Shown: one piece after another, positions 36,113 to 50,575 of the stretch | Position numbering within the stretch: position 1 is the stretch's first letter | Layout of the letters: each line of letters begins with the position of its first letter | Origin: Octopus sinensis | Taxonomy: Eukaryota | Direction: 5' to 3' | NCBI RefSeq assembly: GCF_006345805.1 | Contig: NC_042998.1 | Coordinates: forward strand, 178,188,001-178,252,000 | DNA length: 64,000 nt | Position numbers and translations under genes: made by a program | Notes under the pieces: model-generated | What the model was told of the DNA's origin: nothing | Seen by the model: the letters and a program-made list of their open reading frames with translations, nothing else | The model's database searches: none

Positions 36113-37234
36113 GCTTACATTGTCGTACAGTTACTGTTTATACCTCGTTCAGAGATTTATTATTGAATACGAAACCTGTTCCGATTTTATTTATTAACCA
36201 TATTGTTTTCAAGTCCTTCTATGTCTCCACAATCCTCTTGATCTACTAATCCCTTGTTTTATTTTCCACTGGTTTATTGTCATTTGTTTCTTTCTGGTTT
36301 TGTTTCAGATTGTTCTCTCATGACCACATAAAATCATATCGGGAAATACAATCTTGAGAAAATGTTCACAAAGCCGGCAATTACATTTACCTAATCTGTC
36401 GTTCAGTTTAACGCAACTCGGCTCTTGCATAGATGTAGCAGCGTCAACTCTGTTGCAAACATCCGGACCAGATCAGAGGATAAATAACTCAATATCTTGA
36501 TACACTACTTCCTACAGTAGTGAAATAAGCCTTTCTTTTTACCTTCTATAGTCACAGAGATCCTGTCAAGTTTATGGACACCAATCTTCTACCTCTGTCG
36601 AAACTATAAAACAAATTACGTGGATAAATTCTTCAGATTTTGATTTCTGCAGAATCTATATTTGTTGTGAGCAGGGTTATTTATAATTGTTGTTGTTGTT
36701 GTTGTTTTTGTTGTTGTTGTTGTTGTGTTGTTGTTGTTGTTGCTGCTGTTGTTGTTTATTTATTTATTTATTTATTATTTGTATTTGAAGTAAAATACAT
36801 TTGAAGAGGCCTCCCTACTCTTGAATTGTTTTGAGATATTCTTCAAAGTGAACTGTTAAATATTTGCCTGTTCTCTACGGTACGCTTTAAGTTATTATCA
36901 GCATGGTCTCTAGTTAGTTTGTCAGTGCACATCTTTTGCAGTGAAGTGGTTTAATTTTTATCATGTTTACCTGCCATGTTATACAAGACTACCGATGTTC
37001 TTTGAAGAGATGCCAATGTTCAAATGTATGTATGTATGTATGTATGTATGTATGTATGTATGTATGTATGTATGTATGTATGCATGTACTTTATCTTTGG
37101 GATATATTTAAGCTTTTCCTTTGTAGGCGCTCAATAACAAAGTGACAAGGCTTTTTTGTTGTAATTAAAAAAGGTCATGGATCTTGAGGTTTTCTGTATT
37201 GGTTAGTGTGTACATATGTATGTGTGTGCGTGTG

Positions 37235-37365
37235 TGCACGTGTGCGTGTGTGCACGTTGCGTGTGTGCACGTTGCGTGTGTGCACGTTGCGTGTGTGCAC
37301 GTTGCGTGTGTGCACGTTGCGTGTGTGCACGTTGCGTGTGTGCACGTTGCGTGTGTGCACGTGTG
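37235..37365. repeat. 15-bp minisatellite (GTGTGTGCACGTTGC)n
   Basis: About 8-9 near-identical units; gives the 5-aa periodic pseudo-ORFs in the track. Confidence 0.92.
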
Positions 37366-37665
37366 CATAATTGTGTGCGCGCAGATAAAGTGACACTCAT
37401 GCAGTCAGTGTACGCGTCATTTCAGGGAACAAGTGTGTGTGCATCATTACATATGAAAGTATGTATGTAAAGACACATAGCCTAGTGATTAGAGTATTGG
37501 AATTACGATCGTAAAGGTTGTGAGTTCGATTCTTGGAAGTGTGAGTGCATTTTGTCTTTCAGCGAGGCACACAATTTCACGTTGCTTCACTTTCTCAGTT
37601 GAAAATTAGAACCGTGGTAGACCTGATACATCCTACTCTCTTTCTCCGACTGTTGTATCCTCGAG

Positions 37666-37700
<35 letters not shown>

Positions 37701-37701
37701 G

Positions 37702-37806
<105 letters not shown>

Positions 37807-37807
37807 A

Positions 37808-38727
37808 CTTAAAATAGTCAATAACCACATCGAAACAGATATCTTTTATAAACCCACAGATTCTAAACAGTACATATCATTCAACTCATGCCACCCCAAG
37901 CACATAAAAATTAATATACCTTATAATCTAGCGAAAAGAATCTATACCATAGTTTTGGACAATTATACTCGTGAACGAAGACTCCTTGAACTCAGATCAA
38001 TACTAATCAAAAGACATTACCCAATATCATTAATAAATGATAGCATTAAACGTGCTATGAAAATAGATATACGAACATTAAGGGAAGTCAACCGAAATAC
38101 TGAACCAGACTTAAAATACTCCCGTACATCTTCACACATAACCCTAGTAACAACGAAACCTTCAACATTATCACCCAATATCTTCCCATCCTCACAGGAG
38201 ATAAAACAATGAACAAAATTTTAAGCTCATACAAAATTATCAAAAGCAAAATGCAATCTAAATCACTGAAAAAAATATTAACCAGCGCAAGACTATATCC
38301 ATTAACAACAGAATCAAAAGTGAAAAAATGTGATCGACCCAACTGTGGTACATGCCCCCACCTTTTGGAGGGTTCAGAATTCCACTTTAAACAAGGTGAA
38401 ATATTTAAGATCAAATCAAATTTCACCTGTGCCTCGGAAACTCTAATCTATGCCATTACATGCTTAGGGTGTGGTATTAATTATATTGGCCAAACAGGAA
38501 TATCACTCCGTTGAAGAACCACTCTCTACAAAGAACAAATCCGCCACCCACAATACAGACAAATACAGGTTAGTGAACACATAGAAAGGTGTGCTAGGGA
38601 TCTTAATCCTAATTTCCTAATTTTCCCCTTCTATCAATGTTCACCGAACACCTCAGCACAACAAAGTATGAAAAAAAAGGCAACTTTCATCAGTAAATAT
38701 CTTCCCCAACTCAATATCAACACATAA
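37808..38727 (+). mobile_element. Penelope-like element 3' fragment (RT thumb + GIY-YIG endonuclease), disrupted
   Basis: Reads FYKPTDSKQY..SCHPKH, C..PNCGTCP, NFTCASETLIYAITCLGCGINYIGQT and EHIERC. One frameshift and an in-frame stop at 38512-38514. Confidence 0.9.
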
Positions 38728-39229
38728 CATAATACAGAACACTACTAATATTTCAATTAATACCACTAACCCCCATACATCCCATACATCATTCACATTA
38801 CAGATTTATATCTACCCTAATTGCACCAAATCCAGAACTACTCACCTCCCTTACATTTCTTTTTTATTCTTTATATCAATGGAAGCTATTGTAAAACGAT
38901 AGAAGGAAACTTTTCTAATTTATTAATCCGAAATTCTAATGTCAATGGTGATATCGACTCCAATTTTCAGCATATGTTAATCATCTATAAACTGAATAAT
39001 ATTCCTTTAATTGTATAGGTTTAAAGAGCCAGGAATAGATGGAATCACCAGATAGGAGCAGTACCAAACGCTTGGTGTGATTGTGTTATAATTCCCATTT
39101 ATAAGGGAATAAGAGCGGGTGATGAGTATAAATATTCAAGAGGAATCATATCCTTATCTCCTGCGGGAAAAATATTTATTGGGCTTCTCTTTGCACGATA
39201 AAACGATAAGATTTCACTGAATGTTCTTT

Positions 39230-40330
39230 CACAATCTTAATGTGATTTTAGATCAAATACGGGGCCATGTGTGTGATGTTTTCTACATGTCAGGCGCAAG
39301 AAAAATCTCGTAATCAGAATCTATATTTAGTCCAGAGCTTTAATGATTTGACAGTGGCCTTTGACACTGTATAGGCACATATAATTGGAAGTTTTACGTA
39401 AGCTTGCTGCTCTGTACGTTTCATAAACATGAGGTCTGGAGAAAGTTTAGAGAAAATAAAATCAGTGTGTCTTTATTTTCTCCAAATTTTTCCTTTGCAC
39501 TTGAAAGTACATTCAAAGGTTGCAGGGAGGGTGTATATATTCATTACAGAAGCACCGGTAGGTTAGTTAATTTGGAAAGGTAATCAGTAGATTATTTAAT
39601 TTGGAAAGGTTTTCAGGGAAAACAAAAACGTTTACCTCTTTAATAAGAGATTTATTGCATGCAGATGGCTGTGACTTGGTAACCTGCTCAATCAGTGACA
39701 CACAGCACCTAATGCTTAAATTGATAAATCCTGTAAACTTTATCTAAATTTATTTGGGTTTACAATAAATTTACATAAAACTGTTGCTGTTTCAAACAGC
39801 TTCCAGCCAAAATTGAATGTTATGGACGAATATGTCTATCTTGGAAGTGAGTTGACTTCGTTAGACTATGAAATAGCGAACCGTTTCACGCTTTCAAGAA
39901 TTTTGAAAGGAAGGATATGCTTAGTCTAATAGAGATATTACTGGGAACACAAAGGTTACAGTGTATAGGGTGTGTGTGCTTTCAACCCATCTGCTCACGT
40001 GAGACGAAATGGGTGTGCAAGATACCGGATACTGAAGTAGTCGAGCGTTCTGGCCATCTTATGAAGGAATTTGATCAATGCATGCCTAAATAACTATTAT
40101 GTGGTCAGATAAAAGAAGCAAAGATACCTCAATGCAAAAAAAAATGTGTTTCAAAGATTCAATAAATATTTCACTGAAGAACTTTGAAATGATGTATGTA
40201 AGCTGGGAGAGTGATGAAATGGATCGGCGAAAAAGGAGAAGTAAAATCCGTTAAGATACTGCATTGTTTGAAGATAACAAGTGGAAGCATGCTGTGACAA
40301 AAGTAAGACAGGGAAGGGATTGCTTGTGGC
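39230..40330 (+). mobile_element. Decayed RTE-type LINE RT fragment
   Basis: Remnants DLTVAFDTV (about 39347), YVYLGS (about 39830) and YRVCVLST (about 39964). Confidence 0.55.
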
Positions 40331-41399
40331 CAATGGTCCTTTTCTTCTTCCTTATGATACCCGCAACTTTATTTGTTTATGCCATGATGGACTAGTTAGT
40401 GATAAGCGTAATCATGTATTTAGGTCTTCTCTGCTGATTATTCACAGTTACAATCTATTGAACTAATAAGATCTGCAGAAGTAAATTTGGGTTGACTAGG
40501 CACATGAAATATCACAATAGCAATTTGCATCGATTTTCACAACTAAATCAAGCGTTTTCATGTCGTCTGTGTGGAAAAAATTATAAATTTCTTAATAAAC
40601 CTAGGAGTTATTTCTGGTCGCATAACATATAGACAATACCTGACCAACTTGTAATTCTCTAACTGTAAATATTTTACTTAACATTTTCTTATCAATGGAT
40701 TTGAATCAAATTTGTATATAACTGTTACTTATTAATTTTTACAGGTAAATAATTTTTTATTTAATTTTAATTAAACATTTTATTGTTTGTATATAACAAT
40801 AATTTTACTGCAAACATAACTAACTGATTTAACATTAATGTATTTTCGCATAATACTTGAGTGGTTATGTGTTGCTACTTTTAACTAGCTTAGTGTCCAT
40901 TGTATGTGTTCTGACAGTATCGATAGTTGGAAAAACCATACTCGATTAACGAGTCGAGAGTCATGGTAGATAGGTATGAATATTTATGTGTGTGTGTGTG
41001 TGTGGTGTGTGTGTGTGTGTGTGTGTGTATGTAAACTTTTATATGTATATTTGGTGAGGGTACGTGGCCTACTAGTTAGGACATTAAATTCCTGAGTGTA
41101 GGGTCGTGATTTCAGTTTCCAGACTGGGTGGTATGTTATGTTTCTGAGCAAATCATTTCACGTTACTTCACCCCTCTCAAGTGAAATTATTTCCCTATAA
41201 CAGCTAGAAGATAGCCCCATGATTGATTGGAGTTCTGTACAGTGGGGGAGTAATGTACCCCCTGGTTGCCATGCAAACTATGGAATAAACTCTGACCTAA
41301 TGAGCTTGTAGGTTTGTATCAGCCCAATGATATTTATATATCTTTTATCTTTTACTAGTTTCAGTCATTGGATCATTGGACTGCTTCTCCGCTATGAAA

Positions 41400-41556
41400 G
41401 GCTTAATAGAATACATCGACCCCATTATTTATTTTTTTAAGGTTAATATATATTCCCTCGGTCTCTTTTGCCGAACGCCAAATTGCAGGTACGTAAATAA
41501 ACCAACACCGGTTGTTAAGTGGTGGAGATAACAAACACACTAACAGACACACACAC

Positions 41557-41631
<75 letters not shown>

Positions 41632-41653
41632 CATAGATAGATAGATAGATACA

Positions 41654-41689
<36 letters not shown>

Positions 41690-41698
41690 TAGACAGAC

Positions 41699-41779
<81 letters not shown>

Positions 41780-41920
41780 TCACGTGCTTTTTCAGTTTCC
41801 GTTTACAAAATTCAGTCACAAGGCTTTGGTCGGCCCAAGGTTATAGTGGAAGACACTTGCCCAATGTGTCATGCAGTGGAACTGAATCCGGGGCCAAACT
41901 TCTTACCACACAGCCATGTG
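41400..41920 (-). mobile_element. tRNA-derived SINE with expanded (GATA)n interior
   Basis: Same family as 1820-2302; the internal microsatellite here is (TAGA)n. Confidence 0.8.
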
Positions 41921-41980
41921 TGCGTATATATATATATATAATATATATATATATATTATATATATATATATATAATATAT

Positions 41981-42013
<33 letters not shown>

Positions 42014-43992
42014 TTATGTATATATGTGTGTAGATATATTTATATATATATATATATCTACATATGTGTATGTGTATGTGTTTATGTGTGTATATATATA
42101 TATATGTTCATGTTTATATACGCATATATATATGTATATATACATACGTGTATACACATATCCATATATATATATACATATATCATATATTTGTATGTAT
42201 GTATGCATGTATGTATGTATGTATGTATGTATGTATGTATGTATGTATGTATGTATGTATGTATATATGTATGTGTGCGTGTATGCATGTACGTATGTCT
42301 ATATGTCTGCAAATGTATTAATGTGTGCGTGCATGGTTATCATTTCAAGTGTGGATTTATATGCTTCGGCGTAAGTGTACATATGCATATGTTTTAATAC
42401 GTGTATATACATGTACTTATTTTATACTCTTCAGCTGTTTGTATGCATATGCATGTACATCCAAATGTGTGCCAAATGTAAATATGTTGAAGTGCGTGCA
42501 ATTTATTACATTTAACCCAGTAAATTCGAGGTCCCGAATGTATTTCCAAATCGAAATTTGTAAGTGGTATCTTTTTGTGTCTTATATATTATATTTGTAT
42601 ATAACAACAATTAAACAACCTTCCACTTAAAATTATATTCTAATATTTTTCTTTTGAATTTGCCATCATATTTTATATATGTATATATGTACTTTGAACC
42701 TGAGTTCCTGCTTTTATTAAAACGAGTACTAAATTTCAAGAAGCACCCTCTCATTAAACTCAGATCAGTATGTTTAGTTGAATTCTTTATTGATTTTGCT
42801 TCATGTTATCAACTAATACCTTTCGGGAATTCATGAACATTAAGATTTACATAACTGCATATTATTCGAATAAGCACAAAATCTACATCAACTCTTTTAC
42901 AATTCTTATATGCCTCAGTCATTTACTTACGTCAGCAACAGAAATTACAGAACCAGGGGAGTGTCGTAATGACGTTTTATTTATTATTTACCTCAGTAAT
43001 GGACCATTACCATTTCTCTTCCTTTACAAAATCTCGACTATAAAGAGAAGGAAATGTATTACTCAGACACCATTGTTGGTCTTTGTGGAATCTTGATGCT
43101 TTATTTAAAACCTGTTTTGTAACCGTTTCACTCTCTGTTGTCATTAAAGCATGTCATTAAAGTTATTGCACTCATTCATTTGCTTTTGTTATTTTGAAAA
43201 TTTCTGATAATGAGCATTGACTATAATTAAATTCAAGAATGATAGTAATCAAGTGAGAAGATAAGCGTGAGCAGTGCGAAATTTGTACACGAGTACAAAT
43301 GGATTTAATATAAACTCTGAAAGAGGAAAACTTGGGATGTGGATGTATTATATCATCTTTTGAACAGAATGCTTTTCTGCTGACAATTAAATAACAATAA
43401 CGATAAGATTGTCGATTAAATGTACTCCCTGCCTTTTCTGCTTGCTATCTTAATTATTAAGACACTATAACTATTTTCTATATAAAGGTGATGAAGAAAA
43501 GAGTTTGTGTGAACTAGTTACAGTTTTCGTTGTACTTCCCTTTCGTAACCATATAGATGTTAAAGTACACTACTTTAGTCAGATATAACCGTCCGATGTG
43601 GGATACAGAAGACTCCAACATAAGTTTGTTTAGAGCAAAGTCGCTTTCAAAAATTAAAATTGGGAGTCAAAATATTGTGTTTTTGATAGTATTTATTTTT
43701 ATTTAAGAAGACCAGCAATGCGCGAGTTAAAGAGATGAAATTATATTAAAGTAATCAAAGATCAATTATTTAAAGTCTGTCTTCTGTGACACCAAGGGTG
43801 CAGCTATGTTAATAAGGCGTATTTTAAAAGTTGTATTTCAATGTATGCCGGTATTACTATTGTATTGTCTCTTTTCTTCATTCTGTTTAATACATTATGT
43901 GCATCTTTGGATATATTTTTAATTTCATCTTCTATTTTGTACTATAAATGAGAAATAAAGAATTTTTATTGTTATTATTATTATTATTATTA

Positions 43993-44038
<46 letters not shown>

Positions 44039-44500
44039 GAGTGAGAGAGCAGTGCATGCCATCAAAGTGACACTGGGGTAAAATATACGAAGCCCAGTAT
44101 ACTCATCATGTCTACCCGTTTGATAAGGGTACACTAGGCACATGCATCACAACCATATGTGCGCGACGTGGTGATCTCATATCAAGATAAACAGCACATG
44201 ACCTTGCAGGTAGGGCCCAGTTAGAATTTTCTTCTGGTCGAGTAACCCATCTCACTCAAAAGGTCCCTGAATAAGGGTTGTTTAAGGATGTTGAACGAAA
44301 TACCCATGTTTCCAGAGGTAAATTATTCAAACCCTCAACGAATCCCTCTCAACACATGGCCATGATTTTCCCCCACTACTTCTGCTCATGATCAGAGATG
44401 CACATATCGTCAGCCACTAAGAGACATGGTCAACTGGTTAAGGTCAGACAATTGACAAGCAAATCTGTGGTATTGAGCAGAATATTTGCTGTAGCCCATC
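44039..44500 (-). mobile_element. (TAA)n-anchored repeat, sister of 25286-25824
   Basis: Colinear with 25286-25740; flanked by (ATT)n on both sides. Confidence 0.8.
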
Positions 44501-44502
44501 TA

Positions 44503-44648
<146 letters not shown>

Positions 44649-44827
44649 TGTCCTGAACACAAGTGCTTTCATATAACACCACTGTGAAGATACTTTTTTC
44701 CGAGATCACTGAATGGAAACAATTGAGTGAGGACCATTTTACTTATAAAGGACTTCGAAAGATTTGAACATGTACCCTGGGGTAGAAAAGGAGTTCGTCC
44801 ATAGATATTTTTGTTAAAAACACATTT

Positions 44828-44865
<38 letters not shown>

Positions 44866-47800
44866 TTAAACGTGTATTTATATATTTCCAATGCAATGCA
44901 CGTAGCAAGGCGAATTACCATCGTAATCTTTTCTGGAAATCATAACTGAAGATTACTTCAATTTGCATTGGTTGAATGTAAAGAAAGATGCAGCCGTTTA
45001 CAGATTTGCTTGTCAATTGTCTGACTTTAACCAGTTGAGCATGTCCCTTAGTGGCTGACGATATGTGCATCTCTGATCACGAGCAGAAGTAGTGGGGGAA
45101 CATCATGGCCATGCGTTGAGAGGGATTCGTTGAGGGTTTGAATAATTCACATTTTTAAAGTATACACTTTAATTTGCTTATAAGTGGTTTAACATCGTCA
45201 TGTATAGAGTATCATCAGTATTAACATCATTATTATTAAGGCCGCGAGCTAGCAGAATCGTTAGCACATGATGAAGAAGCAAAATCTCCCGATATATGGC
45301 ATATATGCCCATTACTCTTTTTCATTTTCAAGCTCATTTTTGTTTACATCTGGCGTCACGGAGACGAAACGTCGTAACAAAAAAAAGTGCTGGCTCTAAT
45401 TTCTATAGAATATCCGTAGAGATAACCGTAACAAGTAATGTAAAGTATGCTGCTAGTGCAATAGAACACGGTATTGACTTATAAAATCATTTAATATATT
45501 TTACAGTATATTATGGTTCTATTACGAAATACCGCGTCCCTAAAAGTCATTAATAAACTTCCCTCTCCCACTTCTCCTCTTGCTCTTCGTCTCTCCCTTC
45601 AACTAACCATCACGTGACAGAGTAACACATTTGGCCTATGCGTATAAATACATAAATACTTACACACACACACACATTATATATATGCACACACATATAC
45701 TCATGCATACAAATATACATACATATATATGTATACATCTCTATCTCTTCTTATCTACTTCTTTCTATCACTCCTCCTTCCTCTCTCTTTACACATCTGC
45801 TTTACAATTCACTACGGTTTTAGAAAATAATAACAATCTGACAAACAGACAACAATCTTTTATGTATCCTATTACAAAAGTAATCATCTCAACAAAAGCG
45901 ATAACGACAGTAGCTGTAGTGACCACAGCATAGTAACATTGACATCTACATTAATGGCAGCAACGCCACAAGAAGATTAACAAACTCGAACCAGAGATCC
46001 TTGAAGTATTCGCACTAACTTCTAGAAACAACATCAAAATCTCCCTTACATTATACGTTGTCGCCTAATAAAAAGAATACATTTGAGATTCTAGCCTTAG
46101 ATGCATTACGTTTGAAGAAAACACGGATGCTCATCTTTTGTTCATGGGTGTCTTTGGTGGGTGTTGAGTTGAAGCTTAGTAAAAACAAAACAAATACACA
46201 AGTAATAACTAAAGCAAAGATGGTAGTATATGAGGAGGAAGTTGACAAAGGAAGAAGAAATTTCGAAATAGCTAAGTAAAAGTAAAGTGGAGGCGCGTGG
46301 CTTTGTGGTTAGGGTGTCATGATCGTAAGATTGTGGTTTCGATTCCTGGACCGGGCGACGCATTGTGTTCTTGAGCAAAACACTTCCATTTCTCGTTGCT
46401 CCAGTCCACTCAGCTGGCAAAAATGAGTAACGCTGCGATGGACTGACGTCCCGTCCAGCTGGGGAACACATAGACCATAGAAACCGGGAAAACGGGCCCA
46501 TGAGCCTGGCTAGGCTTTAAAAGGGCGCATTTATTTTTTCAAGTAAAAGTAATAGAATATCTAATCTTTGCTTCATAAAAGGGAACAATAAAACTGATAT
46601 AAAGTTTGTCGTTAAAACTACATTGAAATAAACGTTATATATGCGTGTGTGGATGTGTATGTGTCGTATCATAGATAATTGTCCAAATATAGAATTTAGG
46701 GAGAGAAGTTGGTTTTAGCTTAAACAAATGCGGTTGAGAGACATTCAAATATGTGTTCTGTAAAGGCTCTAAAGATGCAAGTGCTTTTGTTGGTTATAGT
46801 TATTTTAGGGACATAATATAGGCGGGGGTCATTATTATTCGAAATAATGCGAAAAAAATGAAACAAAGAATTGAGTAAAATACAAGAAACATAAAAGAGA
46901 AAGGACAGAAAATCATAGGAAATAGAGAGTGTTTAGCTTTGTCGTTAAGTTGTAAAATATGGGCAAGAGATAATAAAGGTTTACGTCTCAAGTGATGCTA
47001 GTTTCTCCCACAGGTTTATCTTTTCAACCTTTTGCGTGCAGCACGATCGTGAGATTAAGAAGTTCGTTTCATAAACATGTGAGGCTAGGCTCAGTCCTGC
47101 TGCGTTGTTCCTTGGTCAAGTATCTTTTACCATAGCTTCAGATTGAGTCAAGCCTTGTGAGTGAAATTTGATAGACGGAAACTATGCGGAAACCAACTTC
47201 CTAGTCTACGTTAGTGATTGGATAGATCCTATTTAATATCACCGCCTGACAGCTGGTTGCCTTTAGCGGGATCCACTATGTTGCAATCAATCAGGATGAA
47301 TATCAAACTTTGAACTGTAGTCTCACTCTCCCATTTTCCATACTAATTTCAGAATCCCTGAAAAATTCCCTATAAAAGAGATTTTAATAATTCGCTTCTA
47401 TAATCTTTTGAATGAGTTTAGGCTTTCGGTTAATACAATATTGCCAAACTAAATAATCTGATTCTTTGTTTCTTATTTTTAATAAAATATCTATATTCTC
47501 TGAGAACATTTGGTCAGTGATTGCTATATTGATTTGATGAATTAATTGTAAATATCAAAATATATCAAAATATAACATACTTGTACTTGAAAAAATTTTA
47601 ACTGATTTTTTTCGACTCTCCTATAAAGAATGAGAAATGCGCAAAAATATTTGCTGGAGTTATCAAAGTCGTCAATTTACTTCACAAAATCATCTCTTTA
47701 CTGGTTGAAAAGCGTCGATATATCGACAACGAAAGTTGCACTAAAAGTAATGTATATATAACCCACCAGACAGGGAAACCATATGAGTAAGCAGTCTTTT

Positions 47801-48849
47801 TCATTATTACTGTCGCAAATATCTTAGGAAGTGGTTTTTCATATTTTTAGTTCTTAAATCATTAAACACTCAATGTGTAAGTTTTAAGATGTAATATTAA
47901 AGATGTTAAGATGTTAAAGAGCTTTGTATTTGGTTTGCAAGATTCATGATGTGAATTCGTTTGTTAGAACAAATCTTGTTGTGTTTTGGGAGAATCATTA
48001 CGCACGCACTTGTTCAATTCCACTTCTTTGTTGTTGGTCAAATGGTTAAATATCTATACAACTAATTAATCGATAGTTTGCATCACGTGCTGATTAAACA
48101 ATCAATTCATTGTTTGCAAGTCAAAGTCCTTTCGTCACTGTTCGAGACCTTTTCAGTAACTTTTCCCCTCTCGTTCCAAGGTCAAGACACAACAAAAAAT
48201 GTTAAAGATGTTATAGTGTTTTAAGCGGCAAGTTATTTGTTTAATGTAAGTTAGTAAAATATTTAATTACTTCAAAAGCAAGTAATATAGTCAAACATCA
48301 AATGCTTCATTATTCATAATCTGGGGTTCAATAAGGACTTAGATCTATTGATGTTAAATCAATGACATATAGGAAGTGTTACTTCAATATCTCCCCCAAT
48401 GACACTTGTAACACACCTAAAGCAAAATGTCTAAAACAGTGAATCAAAATATGGTTTGATTGACTAGAATTTGTGAAATGATTTTAGTTACAGCAGAAAA
48501 TATCCATTATCAAAGATTTTATCAAGCTTCTCTAAGCCACTCTAATATAATATGCAGCTAGATTGCTTGAACAGCATTTGGTTGAGTCATATAATCCATT
48601 GTAACAAGAAAGATTGAAAGATTGTTAGAAGTGCCATATAAGAACAATATCAGTCGTGAATACGTACTTTCGTCCTGCTAACTTGCTTACGGTGAATGTT
48701 CCAGCTTAATTTGTAAACGGATGCATCTCTCTTCACATTCAACCAATGCAAATTGAAGTAATCTTCAGTTATGATTTCCAGAAAAGATTACGATGGTAAT
48801 TCGCCTTGCTACGTGCATTGCATTGGAAATATTTAAATACACGTTTAAA
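44866..48849. repeat. Pair of ~137-bp inverted repeats 3.7 kb apart (44866-45002 and 48712-48849)
   Basis: Manual alignment shows 4 mismatches. Both outer ends read TTTAAACGTG/CACGTTTAAA. Confidence 0.85.
46287..46540 (+). mobile_element. tRNA-derived SINE with a V-SINE-like central segment
   Basis: Head GTGGAGGCGCGTGGCTTTGTGGTTAGGG...GGTTTCGATTCC and body GCGATGGACTGACGTCCCGTCCAG. Confidence 0.75.
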
Positions 48850-49536
48850 CTGTTCGGTAGAAAGGACATTGCTTGAAGGGGAAAGTTTTAGTTTTTATTT
48901 TCTTCATTTCATTTTCAGCATACCTCGAGGAAAATAGCCTGTGGATCTATTTACGTATTCATTATTCATTATTACTTACAGCAGTGGATATGGATGAGAC
49001 AGTAGACTTAATGCTATAAGGTATATTATATGTGTAAGGTTCTCCATATGTAATATAGTGAGGATATAATGAGTTCAAAAACTTTGATTAACTGAAATTC
49101 TTGATAAAAGTAGTAAACTAAAACTTCCTATAGAGGTCTTTAAATTTAAACGGACAGAAAAAGGAGATTACTCCAATAAGATCCATTATTTGTTATATCA
49201 GAAAATGTAGAAAATGTTATATGGGACAGGTTTTGGTCGTCAAGTGAATTGGCGAGAACAGCTGACATAACTCGGTATTAATAGACGATCTCAGCACTTC
49301 ACTGTTTTCTAATTCAGTAGAAACGAAATTTAAACAAGAGGCCAGCGATAACGTGTAAATACGCAGAAATCCCATATTTAACAATTTCACCACACCTGCT
49401 GGACACTTTCCGAGTGCTGCTGATTCACTTTTGCTCTTTTTAGCACTACAAGTCTATACGAAAAGCTTTCTCGTGACAAATACTACAGTGTTGTAGCTTT
49501 TTTTACAGTATATCCACGTTAAGTATGACATATACA

Positions 49537-49598
<62 letters not shown>

Positions 49599-50274
49599 TG
49601 TGTGTGTGTGTGTGTAAATTAATATAAATAGCTAGGCGCAATGTAATATCATAAAGGAAAAACTTTTCGTTGCTAAATGTAACTGAGGGTGTCGAAGCAG
49701 CTACATCGCTAGTACGAGTTAAAAACTCTTAACACTGTCAGAAGAGTGCAATATATATATACTGATAGGGGAGGTAACCATCCCATGACCGTCTCTAAAA
49801 TCACCAGTCTATACTATTTTGGCTTATTTCGTAGGCATCATTGGTAGTGACTACTTAAACGGCCGGCGGTTTGGCTAAAACCATTTGCCAGTATATATAT
49901 TATCATAATTTATGACTGATTTAGCTCTATACATGCACGCATGCATACATACATACGTACATACATACATACATACATACATACATACATACATACATAC
50001 ATACATACATACATACATACATAATCACCTGAAATGTAAGATTTGCTCCCTAAAAACGGAGGCTTGTATCATCAGTCGATGGAATCAATTTACAAATTTG
50101 CAACAAACATCGAATTACTGTTGACTAAAAGAATTTCCGACACCGACTATGCCTCCACCACCAAAGAAATGCAGATTAATCAGATTTGAATATATTGCAG
50201 TGGGTGTTACCTTTATTTTAGACCATTTTCCGACGATAAAATATTGACACTACTTATGCATTATTACCGTGATC

Positions 50275-50575
50275 ACTGTGACCGACCGGGCTATCAGATG
50301 TTGCTACACATCGCTGATCACAATGCGCTTCGCATTGTTTTAGCCTTCATATGACGCCACTCTGTTGGTTAAGCGAGCAGGCCAACAGAAGAAAGAGAGA
50401 GAGAAAGTTGTGGCGAAAGAGTACAGCAGGGATCGCCACCACTCCCTGCCGGAGCCTCGTGGAGCTTTAGGTGTTTTCGTTCAATAAACACTCACAACAC
50501 ACGGTCTGGGAATCGAAACCGCGATCCTACGACCGAGAGTCCGCTGCCTTAACCACTGGGCCATTGCGCCTCCAC
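50275..50575 (-). mobile_element. tRNA-derived SINE sharing its head with 3249-3637 but with a different tail
   Basis: About 50395-50575 matches 3465-3637; about 50275-50390 does not match the 3249 tail. Confidence 0.7.

Noticed and set aside
45340-45385. GAAACGTCGTA resembling a hammerhead 3' half
   Set aside because: No CUGANGA upstream (CTGGCGT instead) and no convincing stem II.
46287-46360. tRNA gene candidates at SINE heads (also 2240-2300, 3570-3637, 18690-18775)
   Set aside because: A and B boxes are present, but there is no complete cloverleaf and each continues into a SINE body.
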